This document shows positions 1 to 10,182 of a DNA stretch of 64,000 nt, in pieces. The notes beneath the pieces are model-generated. The model ran no database searches, was not told where the DNA came from, and was given only the letters and a program-made list of their open reading frames with translations. The first letter of the stretch is position 1, and each line of letters starts with the position of its first letter. This DNA is from a virus. Made by a program: the position numbers and the translations under genes. The stretch covers positions 17,889-81,888 of IMG/VR virus record IMGVR_UViG_3300021512_000003; one strand, given 5' to 3'.

Positions 1-1
1 A

Positions 2-304
2 CTCACAGGCAGTGCTAGCTCTGCTTCTGGTGTTCTAGGTACTTCTGGAAGCCTCACAGAAACTCTTGACGCAACACCACTCAGTGGTTCTGGTGTCATA
101 AGTAACACAGGCTATATTTCAGAGGTTACAGGTAACACAAGTAGTGTGGTGTATGGTCTACTTTCCTCTGTTGGTAATGTTGGAGAGACTCTTAGTAACA
201 CTATAATCAGATCAAGTGGTGTTGTTGGGGTGTTTGTACCTCTTATTCAGAAATCAACTTACATTATAAGTAAGCCTTTATTTACAACTGTGAAGTGCCA
301 CTAG
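2..304 (+). CDS. 3' part of a Ser/Gly/Thr-rich virion-type protein (truncated by the window start)
   Basis: Frame open from base 2 to TAG at 302-304 (LTGSASSASGVLGTSGSLTETLD...). Confidence 0.6.
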   Translation, partial: LTGSASSASGVLGTSGSLTETLDATPLSGSGVISNTGYISEVTGNTSSVVYGLLSSVGNVGETLSNTIIRSSGVVGVFVPLIQKSTYIISKPLFTTVKCH

Positions 305-339
305 GGTTTAACCTCCTTCAACCTTTATAAGGGAATAAT

Positions 340-708
340 ATGAACATAGAGTTTGAAGCTGCCGAGAGCATCACTATTGATGTATCCACATTCCTCTCAG
401 ATAGAGGTGTTCTTGCAGGAGACATAACAGAAGTAGCCTACTTCATAAAAGTGGATGCAACTGATTTAGACGAAGATGCAATCGTAGAGAAGAAGCTAAC
501 TCTTGGAGAAGTGGTCTACATTGATCCAACTGTGGTAGTGAGGTTGGCTGTTACTGATTTTGGTACAACAGCTGACAAGCTACAAGTAGGGGAAATATAT
601 AAGGCAAAGCTTGGCTTTCTTGCTCCATCTAAAGGTTGGAGTAAATATCTGGAAGGCCCACTAGCTGATAACAGAGTTATAATAAAACAAGACTTTATAA
701 GGGCATAG
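340..708 (+). CDS. hypothetical virion-associated protein
   Basis: 122-aa ORF with an RBS, in the structural operon. Confidence 0.6.
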   Translation: MNIEFEAAESITIDVSTFLSDRGVLAGDITEVAYFIKVDATDLDEDAIVEKKLTLGEVVYIDPTVVVRLAVTDFGTTADKLQVGEIYKAKLGFLAPSKGWSKYLEGPLADNRVIIKQDFIRA

Positions 709-713
709 AATAA

Positions 714-1673
714 GTGAAACATCTTAAAGTACTCTCTACACTCTTCTTCTGTTGTGTGCTGTTCTCTAAAACTGTGTCAGCTGGGTGGCAACCTATAGCC
801 TCCCCAGGAAGCATCACAAACATTGAACAGCAAGCTTATACACAGTTCAATGCACCAAAAGACTCGTGGAGTTTTTCAGCACGATGGATGGGGGCCAATA
901 TAATTGGCGCTCCCACAACATTCAACCCACCAACATCACTACAGATACCAAAGCCTGCTTACTGGCAGCTTGGTAGTAACTACAGTAACACCAACCAGAC
1001 TGTTATTCAAGGTAAAGGTATCACTGGTGGTGCTTACATTAATGCAAATGACTCACCACACTCTCAATACAATAAACATATAGCATGGAGTATTAAATAC
1101 TCTAACCCTGTTCCGCTGTGGCAAGAGCAAGGCGAAGAGCTAATGCTACAGGCTGAGGTTGCTGTCCCTACGTTCATTGCCTACAACATGATAGAGCATT
1201 GTCAGTGTGCTGGTGATGGTATAGATGTTCCTGTTGGGCAAGTCTATTTCGCGCTGAACTTGGATGACGGACAGGGTGAAGATGTACAGGTCACTGTTGT
1301 CTTGTTTGATAGTAGGCCAGGGTACTTGTATGAAGTAGCCCATACAGATAAGTTTGGTAGACCCTTTGCTATGACGTACATCGGAGGCATTAAGTACTCT
1401 ACTGTCAAGGCAACAGGTGGCTATAGCTCGAATACACTCTGGCAAGACAGAATCCCATTCCGTATTCATATCACTCAGGATGACATGCTGCAGATAATCA
1501 GGGACATAAACATCAAACGAGGAGAGATAGGTGCATACCTCTTAACTGAAGATGTTAGTGCATACAGTCTTAGAACTTTCGGATTGTTGGTTGAGGTTAG
1601 TTACTCTGAAGGTGACAACGTAGAGCTAGGTGCTAGCTGGTACAACGTAAGCGCCTATAAATGGCTTCCATAG
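714..1673 (+). CDS. hypothetical exported protein with a signal peptide
   Basis: MKHLK, hydrophobic core, then VSA-G cleavage-like motif; 319 aa. Confidence 0.6.
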   Translation: MKHLKVLSTLFFCCVLFSKTVSAGWQPIASPGSITNIEQQAYTQFNAPKDSWSFSARWMGANIIGAPTTFNPPTSLQIPKPAYWQLGSNYSNTNQTVIQGKGITGGAYINANDSPHSQYNKHIAWSIKYSNPVPLWQEQGEELMLQAEVAVPTFIAYNMIEHCQCAGDGIDVPVGQVYFALNLDDGQGEDVQVTVVLFDSRPGYLYEVAHTDKFGRPFAMTYIGGIKYSTVKATGGYSSNTLWQDRIPFRIHITQDDMLQIIRDINIKRGEIGAYLLTEDVSAYSLRTFGLLVEVSYSEGDNVELGASWYNVSAYKWLP

Positions 1674-2161
1674 CATACAAGGAAAACAACTGGGGAAAGG
1701 GCATGACAGAAAATGAGGTTCTTAGGAAGTGTTATGACTTCCTAGAGAAGCACTTTGCTTCAACGAAGAATATAAAAGAGAATGTTGACGTTATCAAAAG
1801 TAAAGATTCAGCCCAAAGACGCGCACTCTTTGTTGTTCTCTCTCCTGACGAAGTAGACGCTCACGGAGATGTTTATTCAGAGGCTGAAGTTGAGAAGGGA
1901 TGTATCTCCTACAACACACACTGCATGAAAGCTAGTATGTTTCATCAGGTAGATGTCTCTAAAGAGAAGGCTCTAGTTGAGCAATCTTTTGTAAACCCTA
2001 CAGACTTTGCTGTAGATGACGGAAGGACAATTAAGAAAGGTGCATGGCTTCAGTGGTGGCACTTCCCAGACGAGGACATGTGGGCTCAAGTAGAGAAGGG
2101 TGTCTTCACTGGCGTCTCTGTTGAGTGTGTTGCAAGAGTAGAGGATCTATCTAATGAGTGA
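1661..2161 (+). CDS. prohead maturation protease (XkdF-like putative serine protease)
   Basis: Motifs VLSPDEVDAHGD, MFH, KKGAW and KGVFTGVSVE; lies upstream of scaffold and capsid; real start probably ATG 1703. Confidence 0.8.
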   Translation: MASIAYKENNWGKGMTENEVLRKCYDFLEKHFASTKNIKENVDVIKSKDSAQRRALFVVLSPDEVDAHGDVYSEAEVEKGCISYNTHCMKASMFHQVDVSKEKALVEQSFVNPTDFAVDDGRTIKKGAWLQWWHFPDEDMWAQVEKGVFTGVSVECVARVEDLSNE

Positions 2162-3101
2162 TGGAGTAAAGGCTAAGCGTAGGCTTAGTAGGTTTAACTT
2201 TGAAGCAAGTGGCTCTAGGGTGAGTCTTGTAGGGCCAGATGTAGGAGGCCCAGCAAATGAGTATGAGGTCTTAGTTACTAAAGCAACTAAAGACATCTCA
2301 AAACTAGACTACATGGATAAAATAATTAAAGCAGCAGACGTTCAAGTGACTCTGAGCATGGAAGACTTCCTAAGCAAGTTCTTCGATATGTGGAGTAGAG
2401 ATGCAGCCGCACTAGCTAGCTTACTGGGTTATGAAGTGCAGGATGAAGAACTCTACTCTTGTTGTGAGTCCATGCAAGAAGTAATTGACAACAGGTTAGA
2501 AGGTGTTGAGTTATTGAAGTCACTACATAAAGGTGATGACTTTTTTAATCTTAACTTAGATGATCAAAAAAGAATTCTAAAAGCTCAAGCAGCTTTTGAA
2601 AAAGGTTTATCTTCTGAAGTATCTTCAGAGGGTGAAGCAAGTAAGACCATAAAGAAAAACTCTGAAGATTCCACAGGAGACACAATGTCAGAAGAAACGA
2701 AAGAAACCTTGGAAGAGGTGTTGAAATCTGTAGCTGATTTAAAAGAAGCTCTTGAAGCAGAAACAGCTGTTCGTAAGTCACTAGAGCAGAAAGAAGATAA
2801 GCGTGTAGAGATGGCCTTTATTGAGAAAGCCAAAGGCTACAGCTTTATTGAAGATTCAGAAGCAGAGGTTTTTGGAAAGATTCTAAAATCACTGTCTGAA
2901 GAAGATTCTTTGAAAGTGCTAACTATTATTGAGAAAGCACATAAGGCTGTTGAAGACAGTAACTCTGAAATGTTCGTACAGAAGAGTATGGGTGGAGAAG
3001 CTAAAGTAGACTTAGTAGCTATTGAAAAGTCTAAAGTAAATGTTCGGAAGGCTTTGGCTAAACTGGGCGTAAACGTAGACACACAAGAAGAAGGAGAATA
3101 A
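2154..3101 (+). CDS. capsid scaffolding protein
   Basis: Acidic and Lys-rich coiled-coil C-terminal half; between protease and capsid genes. Confidence 0.65.
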   Translation: MSDGVKAKRRLSRFNFEASGSRVSLVGPDVGGPANEYEVLVTKATKDISKLDYMDKIIKAADVQVTLSMEDFLSKFFDMWSRDAAALASLLGYEVQDEELYSCCESMQEVIDNRLEGVELLKSLHKGDDFFNLNLDDQKRILKAQAAFEKGLSSEVSSEGEASKTIKKNSEDSTGDTMSEETKETLEEVLKSVADLKEALEAETAVRKSLEQKEDKRVEMAFIEKAKGYSFIEDSEAEVFGKILKSLSEEDSLKVLTIIEKAHKAVEDSNSEMFVQKSMGGEAKVDLVAIEKSKVNVRKALAKLGVNVDTQEEGE

Positions 3102-3104
3102 TAG

Positions 3105-3527
3105 ATGCCTGTTACTTCAAATGAACCTAAACGCCTTTCCGACCTAGTTAAGAAAGAGTTTTGGATTCCACAAGGCTGGTGCCGAAAAGAGGTCACTGTA
3201 AACCAAGCAGTCCAGACTACTTATGTCATGGGAACCACTCTAGGCAAGATCACAGCAAGTGGTAAGTATATCATAGCAAAGGAAACTGCTTCTGATGGCT
3301 CCAAGGTTGTGGATGCTATTTTTATTGGTGGAGATGGTGCAACCATCGGAGAAGATCTGGTGATTGCCGCTGCCACTGACACCACTGTTCTTGTCTTGAT
3401 TCGTGGCCCACTTATTGTTGGTGATGACGTACTGTTGTTTGATGCCACCTACAACAATGCCGCTAAGCTAGGTGTTGCTTATGCAAGCCTAGAAGCAAAA
3501 GACATCAGCATTGAAACACAATTTTAA
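3105..3527 (+). CDS. head decoration protein
   Basis: GTTLGKITASGKY motif of lambda gpD-like proteins; directly before the capsid gene. Confidence 0.8.
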   Translation: MPVTSNEPKRLSDLVKKEFWIPQGWCRKEVTVNQAVQTTYVMGTTLGKITASGKYIIAKETASDGSKVVDAIFIGGDGATIGEDLVIAAATDTTVLVLIRGPLIVGDDVLLFDATYNNAAKLGVAYASLEAKDISIETQF

Positions 3528-3543
3528 AGGAGTTTATTAAGAA

Positions 3544-4575
3544 ATGCCTAATGCAAGATCTAATGGTAACGCCTTCGTTCTTAACGACTACACTGATGAG
3601 CTTCTGCTTATTCCAAACCAGTGGGGTCTGATTAACGAACTAGGTTTGTTTGAAGGACGGGGTGTTTCTAAACACACTGTTGAGTTTGATGAGACTTCTG
3701 GTTCTCTGGTACTTATTGAAGATAAGCCTCGTGGAGAGCGTTCTCAGTACAACAAAGAAGATTACAGCAAGCTGCACTCTGTACCTGTACCTCACTTCCC
3801 TTTTGATGATGCTATCACCCCTGCTGACGTACAAGGTCGCAGACGTAAGGGCTCTGTCAATGAAGATGAGATGCAAGATGAGGTACGTGCTCGCAAGATG
3901 ATGCGTATGCGTAAGAGTTGGGCTGCTACTATGGAGTATGCACGAGCACAAGCCCTACAAGGCATCGTGTACGCCCCTAACAGCACTGTATCCCTTAACT
4001 GGTACACTGAGATGGGTCAGTCTCAGACTACTGTTGACTTTGTTTTAGATACAGCTGGAACTGATTTAGTTGACAAGAATGAGAGTGTTATTGCAGCTGT
4101 GCAAGACAACATTCAGTCTGGTGAAGTTATTACTGACATTGTTGGTCTTTGTTCCCCTGAGTTCTTCTCCTCTTATGTTGGTCACGCCTCTGTAGCTGAA
4201 GCTTATAAATATTACAGCTCAAACACAGAGCCACAACGTAACCGTCTTGGTAGTGGTAGGTTCCGTCAGTTTGAACATGCTGGCTTACGTCTTATTGAGT
4301 ATCGTGGCAGCTTCCTTGATTCTGCTGGGTCTACTCAGAAGAGTATACCAGCCAACGAAGCATACTTTGTACCTATGGGTACTTCTGACATGTTCCTCAC
4401 CTACTACAGTCCTGCTCACAAATTCCAATTTGTTAACACGTTGGGTGAAGAGCAGTATATGTTTGAGTATGAGAACGGTACGGACACTGAGATTACTATT
4501 GAAACAGAGTCTAACTTCTTGAATGCTGTTAAGCGTCCACAAGCAGTTATTAAAGCACTGCGAGATGCACCATAG
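3544..4575 (+). CDS. major capsid protein (lambda gpE-like family)
   Basis: 343 aa; VPHFPFDDAITPADVQG and TMEYARAQALQG; C-terminal ETESNFLNAVKRPQAV. Confidence 0.9.
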   Translation: MPNARSNGNAFVLNDYTDELLLIPNQWGLINELGLFEGRGVSKHTVEFDETSGSLVLIEDKPRGERSQYNKEDYSKLHSVPVPHFPFDDAITPADVQGRRRKGSVNEDEMQDEVRARKMMRMRKSWAATMEYARAQALQGIVYAPNSTVSLNWYTEMGQSQTTVDFVLDTAGTDLVDKNESVIAAVQDNIQSGEVITDIVGLCSPEFFSSYVGHASVAEAYKYYSSNTEPQRNRLGSGRFRQFEHAGLRLIEYRGSFLDSAGSTQKSIPANEAYFVPMGTSDMFLTYYSPAHKFQFVNTLGEEQYMFEYENGTDTEITIETESNFLNAVKRPQAVIKALRDAP

Positions 4576-4582
4576 GTAGTAC

Positions 4583-4611
4583 TGAAGGGGCCGTAACAAG
4601 CCCCTTCATTC
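4583..4611 (+). terminator. putative intrinsic terminator after the capsid gene
   Basis: TGAAGGGGC-loop-GCCCCTTCA hairpin with a weak T tract. Confidence 0.55.
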
Positions 4612-4631
4612 CCTGATCATAGGAGGTAGTA

Positions 4632-4970
4632 GTGGCGAGTTTTAGACTAGCAACAGAGGAAGCCCTTCTTAACGTACAAGGTGATGGAAATATATCTATA
4701 CCTTTAGACAACCAAGCAACTCACTTTCAAGTTACAATTGAACGTGTTGCTTCTGCTACAGGGACGCTAACATTCTCTGTTAAAGGACACCCTGATGCGT
4801 CCTATGAGAACTTGGTGGATGCAGCTACAGACACACAAAAAACAATACTTCTTACCAATGGTACAACTACATTTCCTATTGACAAGTTCTTCTTGAGCTT
4901 CTTGAGGGTAGAGCCTGCAACTGTTGTTGGCCAATATAGTGTATTCGTCCAACAGAGTTACAACACGTGA
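4632..4970 (+). CDS. hypothetical virion protein
   Basis: AGGAGG RBS, GTG start, beta-rich 112 aa. Confidence 0.6.
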   Translation: MASFRLATEEALLNVQGDGNISIPLDNQATHFQVTIERVASATGTLTFSVKGHPDASYENLVDAATDTQKTILLTNGTTTFPIDKFFLSFLRVEPATVVGQYSVFVQQSYNT

Positions 4971-6181
4971 GTATTGTAACAGGTAATGCAATTACAACAG
5001 GGATAGCGGGGGGAGGCGGCGCCCATACACCCACACCTGCAAACGTAGTCATTGTTAATGCTGCTAGTGACCTTCCGGCAGCCACAGCTGGAGAGAGACA
5101 GCTTGTAGCAAACACGGTATACGTCTTTGGCGCAAGTGTAGCCCTGACGGATAAACTAATAATTGCAGACGGAGTTTCAATAACAGGCCAAAACCCATTT
5201 GGCCCTGTACTCTCAACAACAGCCTCAAGTCTTTTTATTGGCGGTGACGCTAACTTTAACCTGTCTGAGATAAATCTTGATGTACCCTCTGGTGAAGTTT
5301 TTACAATAACTGATACAGTTCCAGGGACATCCTTTGTAAACATAAGCACAGTGCAGACAATAAGTTGTCTAAGTTACGGCACGTTTACAGACATAAGTAC
5401 ACTCATAATAAACAACTCAAACTCCCTAGATGGATACACAGGTGTAACTGTTAGTGGGTCTTCTTATACAACCATATCTCTAGTTAAGTTTGTGATGGTC
5501 TCTTCTTCAGCTTCGTTCATAGGTGTTGATTTTGGGACAGCAGTCAGTGCTAATATAGAGCTTGATAACTTAGTTACCTCCTCTCCAGCAGGAGGTATTG
5601 GTGTAAAGGTTGCAGCAGCTTCTGCAAATCTACCAGCAGGTGCTATTGGTACAATTACTAACTCAACACTGAACTTGGGTGGCATGACAGTCCCTGTCTC
5701 TGGCTACACAGCTTCTGACGTAAGATGGGCTTTCAGGGATAATAGTGGTGTCTCTAATACAGTACCAGATGCCATGTTGAGCTTAAATAGTAATGCCACA
5801 GAGACAGTTATTTCAGTAGTAAATACCCCTGTAAAGGTGGCTGGGACTTGGGTTGTAGAGCGGGTAGCTCTTTTCTCAGGAGATACGTCAGGGAGGGTAA
5901 CATCCCTCTCAGAGAGAGGTGTAACTTCACCTATTGACATTACTGCAACAATATCCGCAGCAAGTGGTTCAAATAAAGACATAACGATATACCTCGCCCT
6001 AAACGGCAGCATCATTTCCAACTCAGGGGAGACTAATAAAGTTTCAGCAGGTGATCCTAAAAACACCACAGTCTTTTGGCAAGCGGTGTTGCAGGAAAAT
6101 GATTATCTTGAGGTGTGGGTAGAGAATAACACAGATACACAAAACCTAGTTGCCGAATCAGCAATTCTTCGTGTGAGGTGA
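4967..6181 (+). CDS. putative head fibre or decoration protein
   Basis: 404 aa, Ser/Thr/Gly/Val-rich, beta-helix-like; VNAASDLPA motif. Confidence 0.55.
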   Translation: MSIVTGNAITTGIAGGGGAHTPTPANVVIVNAASDLPAATAGERQLVANTVYVFGASVALTDKLIIADGVSITGQNPFGPVLSTTASSLFIGGDANFNLSEINLDVPSGEVFTITDTVPGTSFVNISTVQTISCLSYGTFTDISTLIINNSNSLDGYTGVTVSGSSYTTISLVKFVMVSSSASFIGVDFGTAVSANIELDNLVTSSPAGGIGVKVAAASANLPAGAIGTITNSTLNLGGMTVPVSGYTASDVRWAFRDNSGVSNTVPDAMLSLNSNATETVISVVNTPVKVAGTWVVERVALFSGDTSGRVTSLSERGVTSPIDITATISAASGSNKDITIYLALNGSIISNSGETNKVSAGDPKNTTVFWQAVLQENDYLEVWVENNTDTQNLVAESAILRVR

Positions 6182-6182
6182 T

Positions 6183-6629
6183 ATGACAGTAACAATTGAT
6201 CCTGCAGATGACCCTATTGCTCAGGTTAGGCTAACTATAGGTGATGCAGAAACAACGTATATTCTGGATGATGTGGTCATCCAATACATCCTAGACAAAC
6301 ATAGTAATGATATAACAGCATCTTCTTTAGAGGCTCTTCGTTATATTGTCTCTACGTTAGGCAAGAAGGTAGACGAAGAGGTGGGGGATGTTAAGGTTAA
6401 GTGGAGTCAACTAAGGGCACACTATAAGCAACTCCTTAGTGACCTACTAAGAGACCCATCTATCACACTAACCCCTGTCCTTCATTTCTTTGGAGGTACA
6501 AGCAAAACTGAGATAAACAGGGTTAGGAATAATTCAGACTCTAACCTACCTCCACTACAAGAAGGGGAGTTTACCACTGTGCCAAAGTCATCTACAAGAG
6601 ATGATGACAATGGCTTTCTCTTAAACTAA
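6183..6629 (+). CDS. head-tail adaptor (connector)
   Basis: QVRLTIGD...ILDD motif; position after the capsid. Confidence 0.7.
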   Translation: MTVTIDPADDPIAQVRLTIGDAETTYILDDVVIQYILDKHSNDITASSLEALRYIVSTLGKKVDEEVGDVKVKWSQLRAHYKQLLSDLLRDPSITLTPVLHFFGGTSKTEINRVRNNSDSNLPPLQEGEFTTVPKSSTRDDDNGFLLN

Positions 6630-6638
6630 GAGGTGTAC

Positions 6639-6797
6639 ATGGGAAGAATTATTACTGAAGAAGAGCTTAAGGCTATTGCAGAAGCAGATGAAGAAGCTCT
6701 ATCTGCAAAACCTACTCTCAAAAGAAAGAGTACAAAGAGGAGCACCAGTGATGCCACAGTTGACAGCGAAGTTGGTGAAGAAGGGAAGGGGTCTTGA
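6639..6797 (+). CDS. small charged hypothetical protein (52 aa)
   Basis: GAGG RBS, then MGRIITEEELKAIAEADEEALS...; below the ORF-track cutoff. Confidence 0.5.
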   Translation: MGRIITEEELKAIAEADEEALSAKPTLKRKSTKRSTSDATVDSEVGEEGKGS

Positions 6798-7272
6798 GAA
6801 CCTATTAAAACAACTTAAAGATTTAGAGAAAGAGTCTGTAGAGATAGGGCACTTCCAAGAGCAAGGCCAGCACACTGGTTCTAAGATGAGTTATCCGGGC
6901 ATAATGAGACTACACCACACAGGTGCAACCATTAAGACAACAGGTGTAGTTATACCTCCTAGACCAATCCTCTCCATACTAGAATTTAGACTTCAAGGTA
7001 GTGGCCCACAGCTCAAGCAGGCTGTGAAGGACTGGGCTAAGAAAAGTCTCTCTAGGGAGAGTAGTCTGAATCTCCTAGAAGACATAGGGAAGTCTGTTGT
7101 TGTGATGGAGAAAGACATCTTTGGAGACCCATCCTTACTAACACCAAACAGTGAAAACACAAGAAAGCGTGTTGGTGTAGATGGCCCTGATGCCCCTCTT
7201 GTTGATACAGGTAGTTTGAGAGATAAGGTGGCTTACAGGACAACAATAGATAATACGGTTAAAGGAGGATAG
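6751..7272 (+). CDS. neck or tail-completion morphogenesis protein
   Basis: IPPRPIL and PLVDTGSLR motifs; start moved to ATG 6751 (GAGGAG RBS). Confidence 0.7.
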   Translation: MPQLTAKLVKKGRGLENLLKQLKDLEKESVEIGHFQEQGQHTGSKMSYPGIMRLHHTGATIKTTGVVIPPRPILSILEFRLQGSGPQLKQAVKDWAKKSLSRESSLNLLEDIGKSVVVMEKDIFGDPSLLTPNSENTRKRVGVDGPDAPLVDTGSLRDKVAYRTTIDNTVKGG

Positions 7273-7275
7273 GGA

Positions 7276-7653
7276 TTGATAACACTATTAAAGACTTCTA
7301 CCCTCTCCTTTACACAACAAGCCTCTGCTGGCTATTATGTCGGTGGAGAGTGGGTAGATCCTCCTAACAGCCCTGCAATATCCGTTGAGGGGAGTCTACA
7401 GCCCTATAAGTCAAAAGGCTCTCTAAGGCAGAGTATTCTTCCAGAAGGGAAGAGTTCTGGTGATGCAAGGATCTTCTACACAAGTGCAGTCCTAAAAACT
7501 GCAACACAGTTTGGAGATACAGAGGCTGACGAGACAACAATAGATGGCAACAGGTATTACGTCTGGTTAGAGCAAGACTGGTCTCTCTACGGATTAACCT
7601 CAGATCATCATACATACGTCTTAATTAGAGAAGACCAGCAGGCAACCTTATGA
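7276..7653 (+). CDS. head-closure (stopper) protein
   Basis: SLQP...LPEG motif; gene order. Confidence 0.6.
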   Translation: MITLLKTSTLSFTQQASAGYYVGGEWVDPPNSPAISVEGSLQPYKSKGSLRQSILPEGKSSGDARIFYTSAVLKTATQFGDTEADETTIDGNRYYVWLEQDWSLYGLTSDHHTYVLIREDQQATL

Positions 7654-8225
7654 TAGACGAACCAGCAATATATGCTAAGTTTGTCTCTGTTGCTCAAGTA
7701 GCAGTAGGTGCTCTCTTATCACAGACTGGGCCTACAGGTAGTCCAGAAGCCGCTGTCATCAGGTTAAGAACAAACGGTGTAAAGCCAGCCTACCCCTATA
7801 TAACTGTAGGTATCCTTGACACAAGAGATGAAAGTGGTTGGCTAACTGGTGAGTATGTAGACACAAACACAGATAACCCAGTGTATGAAACAAACAAACA
7901 ACTCCTGATTAACTTCAGATGTTATGGTGGTGATGCTCTTAGTATTATAAATGAGTTACACGGTAATCTAAGACTCCCCTCTGTAAGAGACAGCGTAAGA
8001 TCCACACTAGGTGGTAGCGTAGTCTCTTTAACTGATCCAGATAATTTGCCAGTGTTACTTGCTGACAAGTATCTTGAGTCTGCTTCTTTTAATCTGGTGT
8101 TCAATATAACAGATTCACTGACAGACAGCAACACAGGCATTATTGATAATGTGCATCTTAATGGTGAACTACACAGGTTTGATGATGACCCTGCTCCCCT
8201 CGATATGACTATTATCGAACCTTAA
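7650..8225 (+). CDS. tail terminator protein
   Basis: KPAYPYITV motif; directly before the sheath gene. Confidence 0.6.
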   Translation: MIDEPAIYAKFVSVAQVAVGALLSQTGPTGSPEAAVIRLRTNGVKPAYPYITVGILDTRDESGWLTGEYVDTNTDNPVYETNKQLLINFRCYGGDALSIINELHGNLRLPSVRDSVRSTLGGSVVSLTDPDNLPVLLADKYLESASFNLVFNITDSLTDSNTGIIDNVHLNGELHRFDDDPAPLDMTIIEP

Positions 8226-8258
8226 TAAAAAATAAATTAAACCTTTCAAGGAGATTAT

Positions 8259-9614
8259 ATGGCTCTTGAAGATATTGTACAGGTATCTATAAGCCTAGAG
8301 ACAAGTGCTGTGAGCAGGGCTGGATTTGGGATTCCCATTTTTATCAGTGCGCACAATTGGTTCACAGAACGAGTTAGAACATACACAAACTTAGTAGGAC
8401 TAGAGGCAGACATCCCTGCTGGCTCTGAAGAGCATACAGCAGCTAGTGCTTTCTTCTCTCAGTCACCAGCTCCTTCTCAGATCAAAGTAGGGCGAAGAGA
8501 GGTAGACTTAATAACCTTCACACCTTCTGCTGCTACGGCTACAGGGCAAGTTTATACTATCACTGTTGTGGGTACAGATGATGTAGCTGTTGTTGCTACC
8601 TTCACAACATCTACAGGATCTGAGACAGCCGCAGACATTGTAACAGACCTTAAGGCAGATTTGAGTGGTATCGTTGGTGTCACTGTTGCAGGTACTACAA
8701 CTCTAACACTTTCTAAGTCAGGTTCCACTGCATTCAGTGTTAACACTTTGAAGCGTCTTGCAGACGCATACACTGTTACAGAGACTGCTGCTGCAGGACT
8801 CTCTGCGATTGAAGCTGTAGATTCCGACTTCTACTTCATCACAGCACACGACCACACAGAGGCCTACATCCTAAGTATGGCAGCTGCAGTAGAGGCAAAA
8901 GAGAAGCTATACTTTGTCTCTAGTCAAGATGTGAATGGGTTGGCTACCTTGGCCGTTCCTGCTACAGATACACTGGGCAAACTCACTGATCTTAACTACT
9001 TCCGAACAGCAAGTATGTTCCACCAGACAGCAGACACTACCTTCCCTGAGTGTGCTTTTGTGGGTAAGGGTGGGCCTTATGAACCAGGAACTATCACTTG
9101 GGCTAATAAGCAATTAGCTGGTGTAGCCTTTGGAATTAACCCAACTTCTCTCAATGTACTCTCAGCAACAGAGCTAAACAACCTTCAAGCAAGGAATGCT
9201 AATGTTGTTATTAGGACAGGCGGCATACCCATTACAAGGGAAGGTCGTGTTGTAGGTGGTGGTAGTGGTCTTGGTGAGTGGATTGATGTTATTCGTAGTA
9301 GGGATTTACTTATTGCAAGGATCAGAGAGGCATACCAGAACAAACTAATCAACGCTCCTAAAGTGTCTTACACGGATAACGGGATAGCGGAGATGCGAGG
9401 GGTTCTAACCACCACTCTTAACCGCTACGTATCTACAGAAGCTTCGCCAAACATCCTGAGAGAGAATGATCCCTACACCACTAATTTCCCACGAGCAGCT
9501 GATGTATCACTTGCTGAGAAAAGTGCTAGTAAGCTTACAGGCTCATTCACAGCTATCTTAGCTGGTGCCATCCACGTTGTTGTCGTCACTGGCACACTTG
9601 CACTTGTAGATTAA
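8259..9614 (+). CDS. tail sheath protein (DUF3383-like)
   Basis: MALEDIVQVSI..AGFGIP, PGTITWANKQLAGV, EWIDVIR, KVSYTDNG and AGAIH motifs. Confidence 0.9.
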   Translation: MALEDIVQVSISLETSAVSRAGFGIPIFISAHNWFTERVRTYTNLVGLEADIPAGSEEHTAASAFFSQSPAPSQIKVGRREVDLITFTPSAATATGQVYTITVVGTDDVAVVATFTTSTGSETAADIVTDLKADLSGIVGVTVAGTTTLTLSKSGSTAFSVNTLKRLADAYTVTETAAAGLSAIEAVDSDFYFITAHDHTEAYILSMAAAVEAKEKLYFVSSQDVNGLATLAVPATDTLGKLTDLNYFRTASMFHQTADTTFPECAFVGKGGPYEPGTITWANKQLAGVAFGINPTSLNVLSATELNNLQARNANVVIRTGGIPITREGRVVGGGSGLGEWIDVIRSRDLLIARIREAYQNKLINAPKVSYTDNGIAEMRGVLTTTLNRYVSTEASPNILRENDPYTTNFPRAADVSLAEKSASKLTGSFTAILAGAIHVVVVTGTLALVD

Positions 9615-9627
9615 TAGGAGATATTTA

Positions 9628-10128
9628 ATGGCTTTACCAGTTTATTCATCAAAAGACGTTAAGGTGATTTGGTCGGGGGCACCTATTGACGGTCTTGCCC
9701 CTGACTCCTTTATCACCTTCTCTCGTAACTCAGACATTACGGACGAAGAGGTAGGTGCAGATGGTCAACTAGCCATCTCTCGCCTTCCTGACAAGACAGG
9801 CACCTGTACCATCTCCTTACAACAGGGAAGCAGGGGTAATTTTATCCTCTCTGGTGTCATGGTAAGTCAAGAGTCAGGTCTAGGCTTCCCTAGAGGGAGT
9901 ATCACTATCACAGACCCGTCAGGGAGTGTTCTAGCACTTCTTAAGAACTGTCACTTGAAGACAGCCCCAGAGATTACTCTTGGGAGCAGTGCAACAGGGC
10001 AGACACGGGACTGGGTGTTCTACTGTGAGGAATTGCAATTCACTTCTTCTCCAGAGGGTGTTGATCCATCTATGGTGGATGCGGCTATCATCGCTGCTCA
10101 CACTGCGACAATTATGACTAACATTTAG
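9628..10128 (+). CDS. tail tube protein (DUF3277-like)
   Basis: VYSSKDV, VGADG and ITDPSG motifs; follows the sheath gene. Confidence 0.8.
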   Translation: MALPVYSSKDVKVIWSGAPIDGLAPDSFITFSRNSDITDEEVGADGQLAISRLPDKTGTCTISLQQGSRGNFILSGVMVSQESGLGFPRGSITITDPSGSVLALLKNCHLKTAPEITLGSSATGQTRDWVFYCEELQFTSSPEGVDPSMVDAAIIAAHTATIMTNI

Positions 10129-10182
10129 ATAAAGAAAGACTGGGGGGGTCACTACAGACCCCTTAGTTCTCTGGGAGGGGAA

